In this document: positions 1-8,127 of the stretch, in pieces
Numbering within the stretch: position 1 is the stretch's first letter
Layout of the letters: each line of letters begins with the position of its first letter
Assembly: GCF_000008645.1 (NCBI RefSeq)
Contig: NC_000916.1
Coordinates: forward strand, 600,001 to 632,000
DNA: 32,000 nucleotides
Origin: Methanothermobacter thermautotrophicus str. Delta H
GTDB lineage: Archaea > Methanobacteriota > Methanobacteria > Methanobacteriales > Methanothermobacteraceae
Reading direction: 5' to 3'
The notes under the pieces: generated by a model
The model's database searches: none
What the model was told of the DNA's origin: nothing
Seen by the model: the letters and a program-made list of their open reading frames with translations, nothing else
Made by a program: the position numbers and the translations under genes

Positions 1-2941
1 CGCTGTCTGGTGAGAGCATCCCTGATACCATGAGGGCCACTTCACTGTCAGTCCAGTTGAGACCAAATGTGTCAAGTCCATAGGGCATCAGTGTACTGGT
101 AATGCTCAGAAGGTAGTCATGCACCCTGTCTATGTCATCGTCCGTCATGTTGGTTGCGTTAATCCCAAGATCCCTTGCAAGGTCAAGTTTGATTATGGTT
201 TCCCTGATCTGCTTTGCATATTCGTCTCTCATGGGGTTTCCAGTTGGTGTAGCCTCGTAACTTGACACGAGCCCTGCAAGTTCCTGAAGGTCACCGTAGA
301 GCTTTGTTCTTGTCAGCGGTGGTGTTAAATGATCTATGATCACTGCAAGTCCTCTTCTCTTGGCTTGCAGACCCTCTCCAACACCATCCATTATGTAGAT
401 GTATAGTGATGGTGTATCTCCTATGCATATATCAGGGTAATCAAAGGATGAGAGGGCATACTGTTTCCTTGGTGTCCACTCGTAGGTTGCGTGTCTTCCA
501 ACGTGTATCTGCGCATTTGCACCGAAAACCGTGTTTACCCATGCATACCATGCAAGGTAGCAGTGAGGTGGTGGAACTATTGTGCTGTGGTAGAGGTTTG
601 CAGCGTCGGCTTCCCATCCCCTCTGTGGTTCCGGGCCTATGAAGACATTTCCAAACATGAGCCCCGGGATCACTACGTACTTCCTTCCATTTCTTGTTAC
701 AACCATGACGTTTCCTGGTGGTTCACCCCAGCCAGTCATCCCTGAAACATTGAGGGCCATGAACTGGTTTTTGTAGATGTAGAAGAGATCCCATGCCGTT
801 GTGTTGGATGTGTTCCAGATGACTGCTGTCAGGGCAGCGCTCATTTTGTTTATAAGATCAATTGCTGTTCCTGCGATCTGAGGGTGTGTATTCGCATTTG
901 AGATCATCTCCTGGGTCCAGCGGTTGAGTGTCTTGAGCATTTCATCCCTGACCCTGCAGTCTCCTTCATTGATACACTGCACCGCAACCCTTGTGAGTTC
1001 CTCTATGTATCCAACGGGACCTTCAACCATCTCCTTGCGGGCAACAGGATCAAGTGTATTGAACCATGCAAGGTAGTCCTCGTATGGCCACAGTATTGCA
1101 TTTGAACTGTTTGCAAGTTTCTCAAGTTCACCGGGGGCCCAGTTGGCAACATTTATACCGTTTTTGATCATCATCTCAACCAGTGCATCAGCGTCCTGCG
1201 GTATTTCACCAACACTGTAGCCCTCTGCCTTCATGCGCTTGAGTATCTCAATGATACTTTCGGGGACATTAAGGTAACTTGCACCTATGTTCTGCTTACC
1301 CGGCGGGTAGTTGTAGTATACAATTGCCACCTTTTTGTCACTATTTGCCATGGTCTGGAGTCTGATCCAGTTGAAGGCCCTGCTGACAAGTTTCTCTATC
1401 CTCTCTGGAATGGTCACTGTTATGTCCCACTGTGCACCTGTTTCAGGATCTGAACCTATCTCACCCACACCTATGGCAAGTGGTTCTATCTGACCCTGCA
1501 TCTCTGGCTGTGCACACTGCCAGTAAACTGACATCCAGCTGAATCCCTCCTCTGAGACAATCCACTGACCAATTGTTCTGTATGTAGAACTGGTTATCAT
1601 TGCCCTCAGAACAGGGATATTTGATCTATCAAAGAACTTGGTAACACTGGCACCGGATGTTGTTGACCCGGTTATAAACGTCAGCATATCTATGATAACG
1701 TTTGCCTTGACAGGGTATTTTTCAGGGTTGGCCTCGTACTGAACAACGTTTGATGCATCTGTGAGAAACTTTACTAGGGCTGAATATACGTTCACCGGCT
1801 GTACTGTGCTGATCTTGAGACTCCTTATTAGGTTACCATTATCAAGTATCTGAACCTCATAAACATTCGCACTTGAGACGCTGGTAACACCAAGGATTGA
1901 TGTGAGGTCAGTGTAGTTCCCTATTCCCCTGATGGCAGTTATGTTGTAGGTCTGGTTTGGCATGCATAGCGTCTGGATAATGTTCTGCATACCAGTCTGG
2001 TTGAGGATGACATAATTTGACCATGTACCTATAACTGGTATGACGTTGAGTCCCCTTGAGACGAGTGCATCGATTATCTGCTGCATCGCATCAGCGTAGG
2101 TGACCTCCCCTGTGGATCCAACATAGCTCAGGACAGCCACTGTGGGTTTAGCTGGATCCAGAGGATATCTTGTGAAGTAATCCTCCTTTGTAAACCTCTG
2201 ACCATCACGGTAGAGGAATTCTGATGACAATGGAGAAGCTGGTTCAACAGTCGCAGGCTCCCAGCTGCTGTTCCATGGTATTCCGCGCATGTTATAGTAC
2301 ATCTTTAGTGCGAGTTTGAACTGATTTTCAAGGTTTGTTTTGCCCGCTGCTGCATAGTACAGGGCGCAATCTATCCACTGATGCAGTGCTGTGTTTCCAG
2401 GGTATTTCTGTTTATATGCTATAAGAGATGTAAGGTCTCCGTCGTGACATGCGCCTATTAAAGTACCTGGTCTATCGTATGTTCCAATATCACTGTCGTT
2501 AACACCAGTGAAGACCTCTGTATTGTTTATTCTGCTCAATTTGACGAGAGTTGGTCCGCTTTCAAATGCAAAAAACAGTTTGTTTTCTAATATTGATGGA
2601 TGGGCTCTTATAACAGCTTCAAAGGAACCGTTACCGGCGAGCTGTGTGCCCCATTCAGCAATTATAATACTGGAACTGTTGATGAGTGACAGTATCTCAT
2701 CGCCTGTCATGTTACCTATCTGTGTGGTGGATCTTATCTGGAAATTCACCCTCTTCGCATCCCTGTTTGTGAGGTTCATTACAGTGTATGCAACTTCATT
2801 GTAACTCTTTGTGGCTGTAGATGACCCTATAACCAGTACAGTAGTTGAATTATCCTCCGTGCTGTTGTCTGCTGCTGCCACGCTCTGGCAGAACATTAAC
2901 ATGAGAAGAACTGCTGTTACTGTAATCAGATGTTTTCTCAT
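1..2941 (-). CDS. CobN / Mg-chelatase-H family large-subunit homologue with N-terminal signal peptide (C-terminus lies beyond window start)
   Basis: Absent from the ORF track because it has no stop in the window. My manual minus-strand translation from ATG 2941 (SD GGAGGTG at 2951-2957) starts MRKHLITVTAVLLMLMFCQSVAAAD and appears open to base 1. It contains CobN-type motifs GNVFIGPEPQRGW, HVGRHATYEWTPRK and AVIIDHLTPP, plus many N-x-S/T sequons. Confidence 0.85.
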   Translation of the reverse strand, partial: MRKHLITVTAVLLMLMFCQSVAAADNSTEDNSTTVLVIGSSTATKSYNEVAYTVMNLTNRDAKRVNFQIRSTTQIGNMTGDEILSLINSSSIIIAEWGTQLAGNGSFEAVIRAHPSILENKLFFAFESGPTLVKLSRINNTEVFTGVNDSDIGTYDRPGTLIGACHDGDLTSLIAYKQKYPGNTALHQWIDCALYYAAAGKTNLENQFKLALKMYYNMRGIPWNSSWEPATVEPASPLSSEFLYRDGQRFTKEDYFTRYPLDPAKPTVAVLSYVGSTGEVTYADAMQQIIDALVSRGLNVIPVIGTWSNYVILNQTGMQNIIQTLCMPNQTYNITAIRGIGNYTDLTSILGVTSVSSANVYEVQILDNGNLIRSLKISTVQPVNVYSALVKFLTDASNVVQYEANPEKYPVKANVIIDMLTFITGSTTSGASVTKFFDRSNIPVLRAMITSSTYRTIGQWIVSEEGFSWMSVYWQCAQPEMQGQIEPLAIGVGEIGSDPETGAQWDITVTIPERIEKLVSRAFNWIRLQTMANSDKKVAIVYYNYPPGKQNIGASYLNVPESIIEILKRMKAEGYSVGEIPQDADALVEMMIKNGINVANWAPGELEKLANSSNAILWPYEDYLAWFNTLDPVARKEMVEGPVGYIEELTRVAVQCINEGDCRVRDEMLKTLNRWTQEMISNANTHPQIAGTAIDLINKMSAALTAVIWNTSNTTAWDLFYIYKNQFMALNVSGMTGWGEPPGNVMVVTRNGRKYVVIPGLMFGNVFIGPEPQRGWEADAANLYHSTIVPPPHCYLAWYAWVNTVFGANAQIHVGRHATYEWTPRKQYALSSFDYPDICIGDTPSLYIYIMDGVGEGLQAKRRGLAVIIDHLTPPLTRTKLYGDLQELAGLVSSYEATPTGNPMRDEYAKQIRETIIKLDLARDLGINATNMTDDDIDRVHDYLLSITSTLMPYGLDTFGLNWTDSEVALMVSGMLSPDS

Positions 2942-2990
2942 GATCTTTTCACCTCCTTTGAATTTTTCAATATCCATTTATTGTGAAGAC

Positions 2991-2998
2991 AATATAAA
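2991..2998 (-). promoter_or_regulatory. Candidate TATA box (TTTATATT on minus strand) upstream of the CobN-like gene
   Basis: AT-rich element about 50 nt upstream of ATG 2941 in the 185-bp gap after the preceding gene. Position is compatible with an archaeal TATA plus a short SD-containing leader. No experimental support. Confidence 0.3.
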
Positions 2999-3126
2999 TT
3001 ATTGTTATTACTATTTTGAGGCAATCGAAAAATAGAGTATTAATAAACCGTTAACTATTACTCATTTTATATGTGTATCAAGAAAACGTAATACCAAATG
3101 TTAATAAAAAGAGAAAAAATTGGGGT

Positions 3127-6027
3127 TTATTTTCCTGCTCCGCCCCTGAGGAATCCGAAGGCCACGAGACCAGCGGCAACAAGGACACCCACGATACCGT
3201 AGACGTACCATGAGGAGTCACCACCACTGGAACCTGAGGTCACATTCTTAACCTCATAGGCCTTTGAAGGGGTTGATGCAGGCTCCTCTGACACTGAAGA
3301 TGCAGCGCCCACCTCTGCAGGTGAAGCAGCCGTATCCACACCCGGTGAATAACCTGCATGTCCGCCGCTGATACCATCAGCTGAACCTGAGGGAACACCA
3401 CCAGGAACACCACCAGGAACACCACCAGGAACACCGCCCTGGTTTCCGTTCTGTGATCCTCCGTTGTTCACCGGAATGAGGTCAGCAAGGGTCCTGTTTG
3501 CAGGTATGCCCTTAACGTATGCAATGGGGTTCTGACCGTTTGCACCGGAGAGGATCATCTGAAGTTCACTCTCTGTGATGAGCCTCTCAGCATCGTAGGT
3601 CACAACCGGTGGAGCTGTCATGTAACTTGGTATCTCACCCTTGTAGAGGCTTATGAAGCCAGCTATCTGCTTCTCCCTTTTAGCATCATTGGTCGCACAG
3701 TCACTGGTATCGAATTGTGGCCATTTGAAGTCAATGACAACAGCCCTTCCAACCTTGTTCTTGTTGTCCCAGATAACAAGGATACCCTCAATGTTTCCGC
3801 CATAGGCGTATTCATTTTCAGGGTCGTTCTCTGTTCCGGGTACTCGAAGGTTGAAGTAGGTTCCCTGCCCGGGGGATACCCCCAGTCGGTAGACTATGGC
3901 GTCGTCCTTGCAGTAGATGGTGTTACCGAGGTAGATGTAGTTCTCATCCTCCTTGAGGGGATAGTTGTTGAATATGTACTCTGTTATCAGGTAGCCTGGT
4001 GATACACCTGGACATGCATGGTCATGGAAGAGGAATGTCAGCACCTGATCGTAGGGTGGGTCGTTCCTCCATGCATTTGCTATGCTCTGTATGTTGAACC
4101 ATCCATCCTTTGCAAAGACCTTTGATATCTTGTTGCTCAGCTGTGTGCTGTTCAGGGTCCTTGGGCCTATGTCATTCACGAATTTACCGTCTGAGGCATT
4201 GCTTGCAACAAGCTGACCTGTTGTCGGGTCATAGTAGATGTAGACTGCATCCATTGTCATGCCATCGTAGCCTCTGAGGGCAAATGTGAACCATAGTGGC
4301 TTCCAGAGTGGCCTGTGTACCGGCAGGAGGGTTGCCCTGCTGAGCCTTGATCCCAGGACATCGAATACTCCGTCCCAGGCTGCGCTCATATCCTGTCCAT
4401 TCACCCTTGAGTAACCAGCAGATGTTAACACCACAAGGTCCCTGTCATCCTTCTCAAGGTTTATACCCTTCTCTGTGAGGAATAACTGTTTTGCGAGGTT
4501 TGCAGCGTCAATTCCTATCTGTTTTATCTGGTTGTATGTGAGGTTACCCCATGATAATGTGTTGTTTTCACGGGTTGCATTGGAGAGTCCAAGACTGTCT
4601 ATGTATGCCATGTCAAGGCCATGGGCAATCTGGGCAGGTATCTGGTATGTGATGTTGTTTACCTTATCTGTGGCGTTCACAGGGTTTTCTGTACCCAGCA
4701 GATAGTAGTAGTGTGTAACATTGAGGTCCTTAAGTTCCCTGACGATTGTAATAAGTGATGTTGGGTCCTGTTTCAGTTTAGCTATGAGCCATGCATTGAA
4801 TTCAAGCTCTGTGTTCTTTCCGGTCTGCTGCTGGAACTGCCTCCTGAGTGCCTCCTTGTCAAACTTCATCACTATGAGGTCACCCTTGAGGGTGTTGGGG
4901 TTCCATCTTATGAAGCCAACAAGGTTGGTGTCTGCACCGGTGGCTGTTGTGTTGAATCCACTGTAGGATCCGCCCTTACCCGGTGTTGTGTCGAGGAACA
5001 TTAGGAGTGAATCATCATCTGAGTCGCCCGGTACACCCACTGTCACGTAGCTTGTTATCTCACCGGGTGATCCTGGATTTGTAAAGTCCATGACTGGTGG
5101 ATAGTACTTGAGGAGTGTCAGACTCATTGCATATCCGCTGATGGTACCCAGGCACATGTGCCCATGGAATGCAGCTGCCCTGAGAAGGTCTGATGGAGCT
5201 CCCTGGACCCAGGCATTGGCAAGGCTTGCAACAGGGAAAGCATGGTTCCCATATTTGCTTACCAGAAGGTTCCAGTTTGCCTCTGTCATGTTCTTTGTGA
5301 GGTCGATGGTGTATACCGCTTTACCGTTAACTGTTTTAATGACGACCGGTGATGTGCTTGCATTCTTGAAGTAGACTCCAAGGAGCGTTGCTCCTCTCTG
5401 GATTATGAAAAATGTGTCCAGTGGATCCACAGGGCTTTTCCTTATGACAAGAAGGTTGCCCTTACCATAGGTCACCCTTCCACCAGCCTGGTTGAGTATG
5501 CCCTCAATGACATCCTCTGATGTGTCGTTTCTGTATTTGACTATTCCTGCCGTTGTTATAACAAGCACGTTGCCGCTTGAGAAGTTGAGGATCTGGTCTG
5601 CCTTCTTTGTTATTTCCCTTCCCAGTTTGTAGGCGTCTGTGGCGTTCATTCGGAGCTGAAGTTTTGCGTAGTATTTTGTGTCCAGTGGATTTAGCGGGTT
5701 GGTTGAGATGGTGAATTCATGTAGAAGATCCCTGTAGCCGGGTGCTGTGACCTTGATCTTGAATTTTGTGGTGTTCGTGATGTTCTGGTAGTTGAATATG
5801 AGCTTTGTTATGTTTGCCGCCGGATCAAAGGTCTTTGTGAAGTTTATCTTTGTCCCGTTACTGTCAGTGATGTAGTTTATGTCAGGGTTTATACGGGAGT
5901 TATCGTCGGCGTATTCATATTTGACGTCAACCCCCACCTCACAGTTTGTATCAGCTGCACTCACAGAACCCGTAAGTGCCACAGCAACGAGAAGAACCAT
6001 GAAAACCATGAAATACTGTCTTCCCAT
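3127..6027 (-). CDS. Large secreted, C-terminally membrane-anchored protein with two FmdE-like motifs (function unknown)
   Basis: 966-aa ORF with SD GGAGGTG 7 nt upstream of ATG 6027. Signal-peptide-like N-terminus (MVFMVLLVAVALTGSVSAAD), about 20 N-x-S/T sequons, and two paralogous segments: ANAW..AAAFHGHMCLGTISGY (aa 270-299) and ANAW..FLFHDHACPGVSPGY (aa 650-679), resembling the FmdE family HGHxCPG signature. Gly/Pro/Ser linker, hydrophobic helix (aa ~940-960) and short basic tail. Confidence 0.85.
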   Translation of the reverse strand: MGRQYFMVFMVLLVAVALTGSVSAADTNCEVGVDVKYEYADDNSRINPDINYITDSNGTKINFTKTFDPAANITKLIFNYQNITNTTKFKIKVTAPGYRDLLHEFTISTNPLNPLDTKYYAKLQLRMNATDAYKLGREITKKADQILNFSSGNVLVITTAGIVKYRNDTSEDVIEGILNQAGGRVTYGKGNLLVIRKSPVDPLDTFFIIQRGATLLGVYFKNASTSPVVIKTVNGKAVYTIDLTKNMTEANWNLLVSKYGNHAFPVASLANAWVQGAPSDLLRAAAFHGHMCLGTISGYAMSLTLLKYYPPVMDFTNPGSPGEITSYVTVGVPGDSDDDSLLMFLDTTPGKGGSYSGFNTTATGADTNLVGFIRWNPNTLKGDLIVMKFDKEALRRQFQQQTGKNTELEFNAWLIAKLKQDPTSLITIVRELKDLNVTHYYYLLGTENPVNATDKVNNITYQIPAQIAHGLDMAYIDSLGLSNATRENNTLSWGNLTYNQIKQIGIDAANLAKQLFLTEKGINLEKDDRDLVVLTSAGYSRVNGQDMSAAWDGVFDVLGSRLSRATLLPVHRPLWKPLWFTFALRGYDGMTMDAVYIYYDPTTGQLVASNASDGKFVNDIGPRTLNSTQLSNKISKVFAKDGWFNIQSIANAWRNDPPYDQVLTFLFHDHACPGVSPGYLITEYIFNNYPLKEDENYIYLGNTIYCKDDAIVYRLGVSPGQGTYFNLRVPGTENDPENEYAYGGNIEGILVIWDNKNKVGRAVVIDFKWPQFDTSDCATNDAKREKQIAGFISLYKGEIPSYMTAPPVVTYDAERLITESELQMILSGANGQNPIAYVKGIPANRTLADLIPVNNGGSQNGNQGGVPGGVPGGVPGGVPSGSADGISGGHAGYSPGVDTAASPAEVGAASSVSEEPASTPSKAYEVKNVTSGSSGGDSSWYVYGIVGVLVAAGLVAFGFLRGGAGK
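3392..3439 (-). repeat. In-frame 12-nt tandem repeat x4 encoding (GGVP)4 in the C-terminal linker of the surface protein
   Basis: ggaacaccacca occurs three times exactly, followed by ggaacaccgccc. The translation reads GGVPGGVPGGVPGGVP. Confidence 0.9.
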
Positions 6028-6090
6028 ACCTTTTCACCTCCTTTTAAGTTCTTTAATGGTTAATAATGTACGGATCTTCCTTGGAGTAAT

Positions 6091-6104
6091 AAGATATATA
6101 ATGC
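6091..6104 (-). promoter_or_regulatory. Candidate TATA box (GCATTATATATCTT on minus strand) for the surface-protein gene
   Basis: AT-rich TATA-like element about 65-75 nt upstream of ATG 6027, within the 335-bp gap downstream of the NAS gene. Confidence 0.3.
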
Positions 6105-6171
6105 TTTTGTTAATACTTTAAGGCCTTAAACTGGAAAAAATGTAATACTCAATTTTTTCAGAAAGAGGGAA

Positions 6172-6192
6172 TTCATGGGGAAACCCCATGAA
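6172..6192. promoter_or_regulatory. Perfect 9-bp-arm palindrome TTCATGGGG-AAA-CCCCATGAA (operator or terminator hairpin candidate)
   Basis: Read directly from the sequence. Lies in the NAS / surface-protein intergenic region, about 170 nt downstream of the NAS stop and about 145 nt upstream of ATG 6027. Confidence 0.5.
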
Positions 6193-6221
6193 CTGATTGC
6201 TGGAGGGAAAATTTAATATCA

Positions 6222-6238
6222 AACACCATTCTGGTGTT
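6222..6238. promoter_or_regulatory. Second palindrome AACACCA-TTC-TGGTGTT
   Basis: Perfect 7-bp arms with a 3-nt spacer, 30 nt from the first palindrome in the same intergenic region. Confidence 0.4.
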
Positions 6239-6362
6239 ACATGTTACTCTTGAATGTCCCTACTATTTAACAATTTCTATTTTAAAATTAATAATAACCA
6301 TCTGCTGTCATTCTCCCTGATGGTAATAAGTATAAGCGAGTGAATTCCTTTATCATGGGAAG

Positions 6363-7163
6363 TCAATCAGGACATTTAAAAACAAGTACCGAAGTGTTGT
6401 TAACCTTCCCTGATGGCAGGACAACTCCTGCCCTCCTGAATCCGGTGATATCATCATCACTGACAGGTGCGTAGAGGATAGCCCTCATACCTGTGTATGT
6501 CCTGTAGATAATCCGCGTTTCTGTATCAACATATCTGTGTATGTTCCTGAAAACCCTTCTCTTTGGCTCTGCAAGGGCCGCCACCATTAACACATCAAAT
6601 TCAAGACCATCAATGACGGTTTCATCTCCAGTTATGACATTCACACCATCAACTCCAAGGCCTTCGATGACCTTTCTTGAGAGCTCAGCGATGTCTGGTT
6701 CGATTTCAACAACATTAACTCTCATACCATAGACGTGTGAGAGAAGAATACCTGTAAGGGGTAGGGGACCACCTCCAATAAAAACTGCTCTCTCCCCTCT
6801 CCTGAATCTTCCAAGGGCAGCCTCATTCTTAAGTAGTTCAAGGTACCTTGGGTAGAAGTAGAATGACCTGAGGGTCTCCCAGGGTGAGTCTGACTCTATG
6901 ACCTCCTGTGCCTTTTCCATTTCAAGCTTCATCCCGAGATTCACGTAGAACTTCCTTATCAGGCTGAGTGCATGATTCATTTCAGCATCATCGAGGATGT
7001 GCTTTGCTGATTCAAAGTCAATGGTTGAGTCATGGGCTATCTCCTCGATTTCATCAAGAAGTGGCATGACCCCGCTGGTGTCCATCTCATCGAAGTGATA
7101 ATTCATTCCCTCGAGTCTTGAGGCTATCCTCTTTATCTTATCCCAGTAGATGTAGCAGCTCAT
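6363..7163 (-). CDS. Nicotianamine synthase-like enzyme (thermonicotianamine synthase, MtNAS-type)
   Basis: 266-aa ORF. I recognise the sequence (MSCYIYWDKIKRIASRLEG..., SAM-binding VFIGGGPLPLTG) from memory as the structurally characterised M. thermautotrophicus NAS homologue (MTH675). Confidence 0.92.
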   Translation of the reverse strand: MSCYIYWDKIKRIASRLEGMNYHFDEMDTSGVMPLLDEIEEIAHDSTIDFESAKHILDDAEMNHALSLIRKFYVNLGMKLEMEKAQEVIESDSPWETLRSFYFYPRYLELLKNEAALGRFRRGERAVFIGGGPLPLTGILLSHVYGMRVNVVEIEPDIAELSRKVIEGLGVDGVNVITGDETVIDGLEFDVLMVAALAEPKRRVFRNIHRYVDTETRIIYRTYTGMRAILYAPVSDDDITGFRRAGVVLPSGKVNNTSVLVFKCPD

Positions 7164-7353
7164 AGCGGTTCTCCTTAGGTCATGGTAATGTTATTGAACA
7201 GCACACTTTATAAGACTTGAGCACATATGTCATATATGAAGACAATCATGTATTACTTTATCTGGATTTAACACAGAATAATTATTACTTACTGGTGATG
7301 GATGTTATCGCTGGTTGAATGAGGGGGCAAAAAACACTGAAAAACAAAAGGTG

Positions 7354-7932
7354 ATGGAAATTATCACTGTGGCTGAACCCATGAGTGAATCTGAACTTGA
7401 ATCCATAAGAAACTTCCTCTTCAGGATAATCAGGAGGGAGTTTGGATTCGGATACATACCCGAGTACCACAGGGACATAATCAACCTTGAGGAGTACTAC
7501 CTCAAACCCCCAAGGAACATCTTCCTCTTCGCCTCCCAGGGTGGTAGGGTAATAGGGACACTGGGACTCCGTGCCTATGACCGTGAATTTGAGGGCCTGA
7601 ACTATGATCCAGAGACAACGGCCAGCCTGTGGAGGGTTTTTGTAGATGAGGATCACCGGAGGATGGGTGTTGCATCCAGACTTGTTGAAATCGCCGAGAA
7701 GGAAGCAGCATCACTGGGCTACCAGAGGATCTACCTGCACACACATAAATACGTCGGTGGTGCCCTCGAATTCTGGCTTTCAAGGGGATACCGTGTAACG
7801 GTGGACACAGGGAATGAACTCGGGACGGTCCACATGGAGAAGACCCTCTCATGCAATTCAAATGCAATTACCAGGATCCCTGAGAAAACCTCTGAACTCT
7901 CACATTCACTCCCCAGGACCCAGAAGGTTTAA
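7354..7932 (+). CDS. GNAT-family N-acetyltransferase
   Basis: ORF 7315-7932 (the track start is a TTG). I prefer ATG 7354 (MEIITVAEP...), which gives a typical GNAT N-terminus. Acetyl-CoA motif region VDEDHRRMGVASRLVEIAEKEA. Start uncertain (7315/7351/7354). Confidence 0.8.
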   Translation: MEIITVAEPMSESELESIRNFLFRIIRREFGFGYIPEYHRDIINLEEYYLKPPRNIFLFASQGGRVIGTLGLRAYDREFEGLNYDPETTASLWRVFVDEDHRRMGVASRLVEIAEKEAASLGYQRIYLHTHKYVGGALEFWLSRGYRVTVDTGNELGTVHMEKTLSCNSNAITRIPEKTSELSHSLPRTQKV

Positions 7933-8011
7933 TTCCATGTTGGTTAAAAAGGAATCAGATGGCATTTGAACTGAATCATTAAAAAGAGGAGGAACAGGGC
8001 ATCAGATGACA

Positions 8012-8019
8012 TTTTTTTT
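8012..8019 (+). terminator. T8 tract, candidate archaeal terminator for the GNAT gene
   Basis: Eight consecutive T on the plus strand about 80 nt after the stop at 7932. It sits in the loop of an 11-bp inverted repeat (7993-8003 / 8040-8050). Confidence 0.35.
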
Positions 8020-8127
8020 GAGCGAAAGGATTGTTGCTGGATGCCCTGTTGAGCTGGCTTCCGTTTTAAGCTAGGAGGAATTCATGCTCACTAAAGTGGT
8101 TGTCACACGACATATAAATACTTTTTG

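Noticed and set aside
406-3035. Small plus-strand ORFs (406-642, 491-745, 2508-2804, 2811-3035)
   Set aside because: All lie antisense to, or in the promoter of, the long minus-strand CobN-like reading frame, which the track omits only because it is open-ended.
1-6300. Impression that the CobN-like / surface-protein block is more AT-rich than the rest (possible horizontal acquisition)
   Set aside because: This rests only on hand counts of a few 60-nt lines, which ranged widely. Sliding-window GC and codon-usage statistics would be needed, so it is not claimed.
7223-7230. ACATATGT palindrome in the NAS/GNAT divergent promoter, matching the core of the 22.1-kb repeat palindrome
   Set aside because: An 8-bp AT-rich palindrome is expected by chance in AT-rich intergenic DNA, and the flanking GG/CC of the repeat palindrome are not shared.
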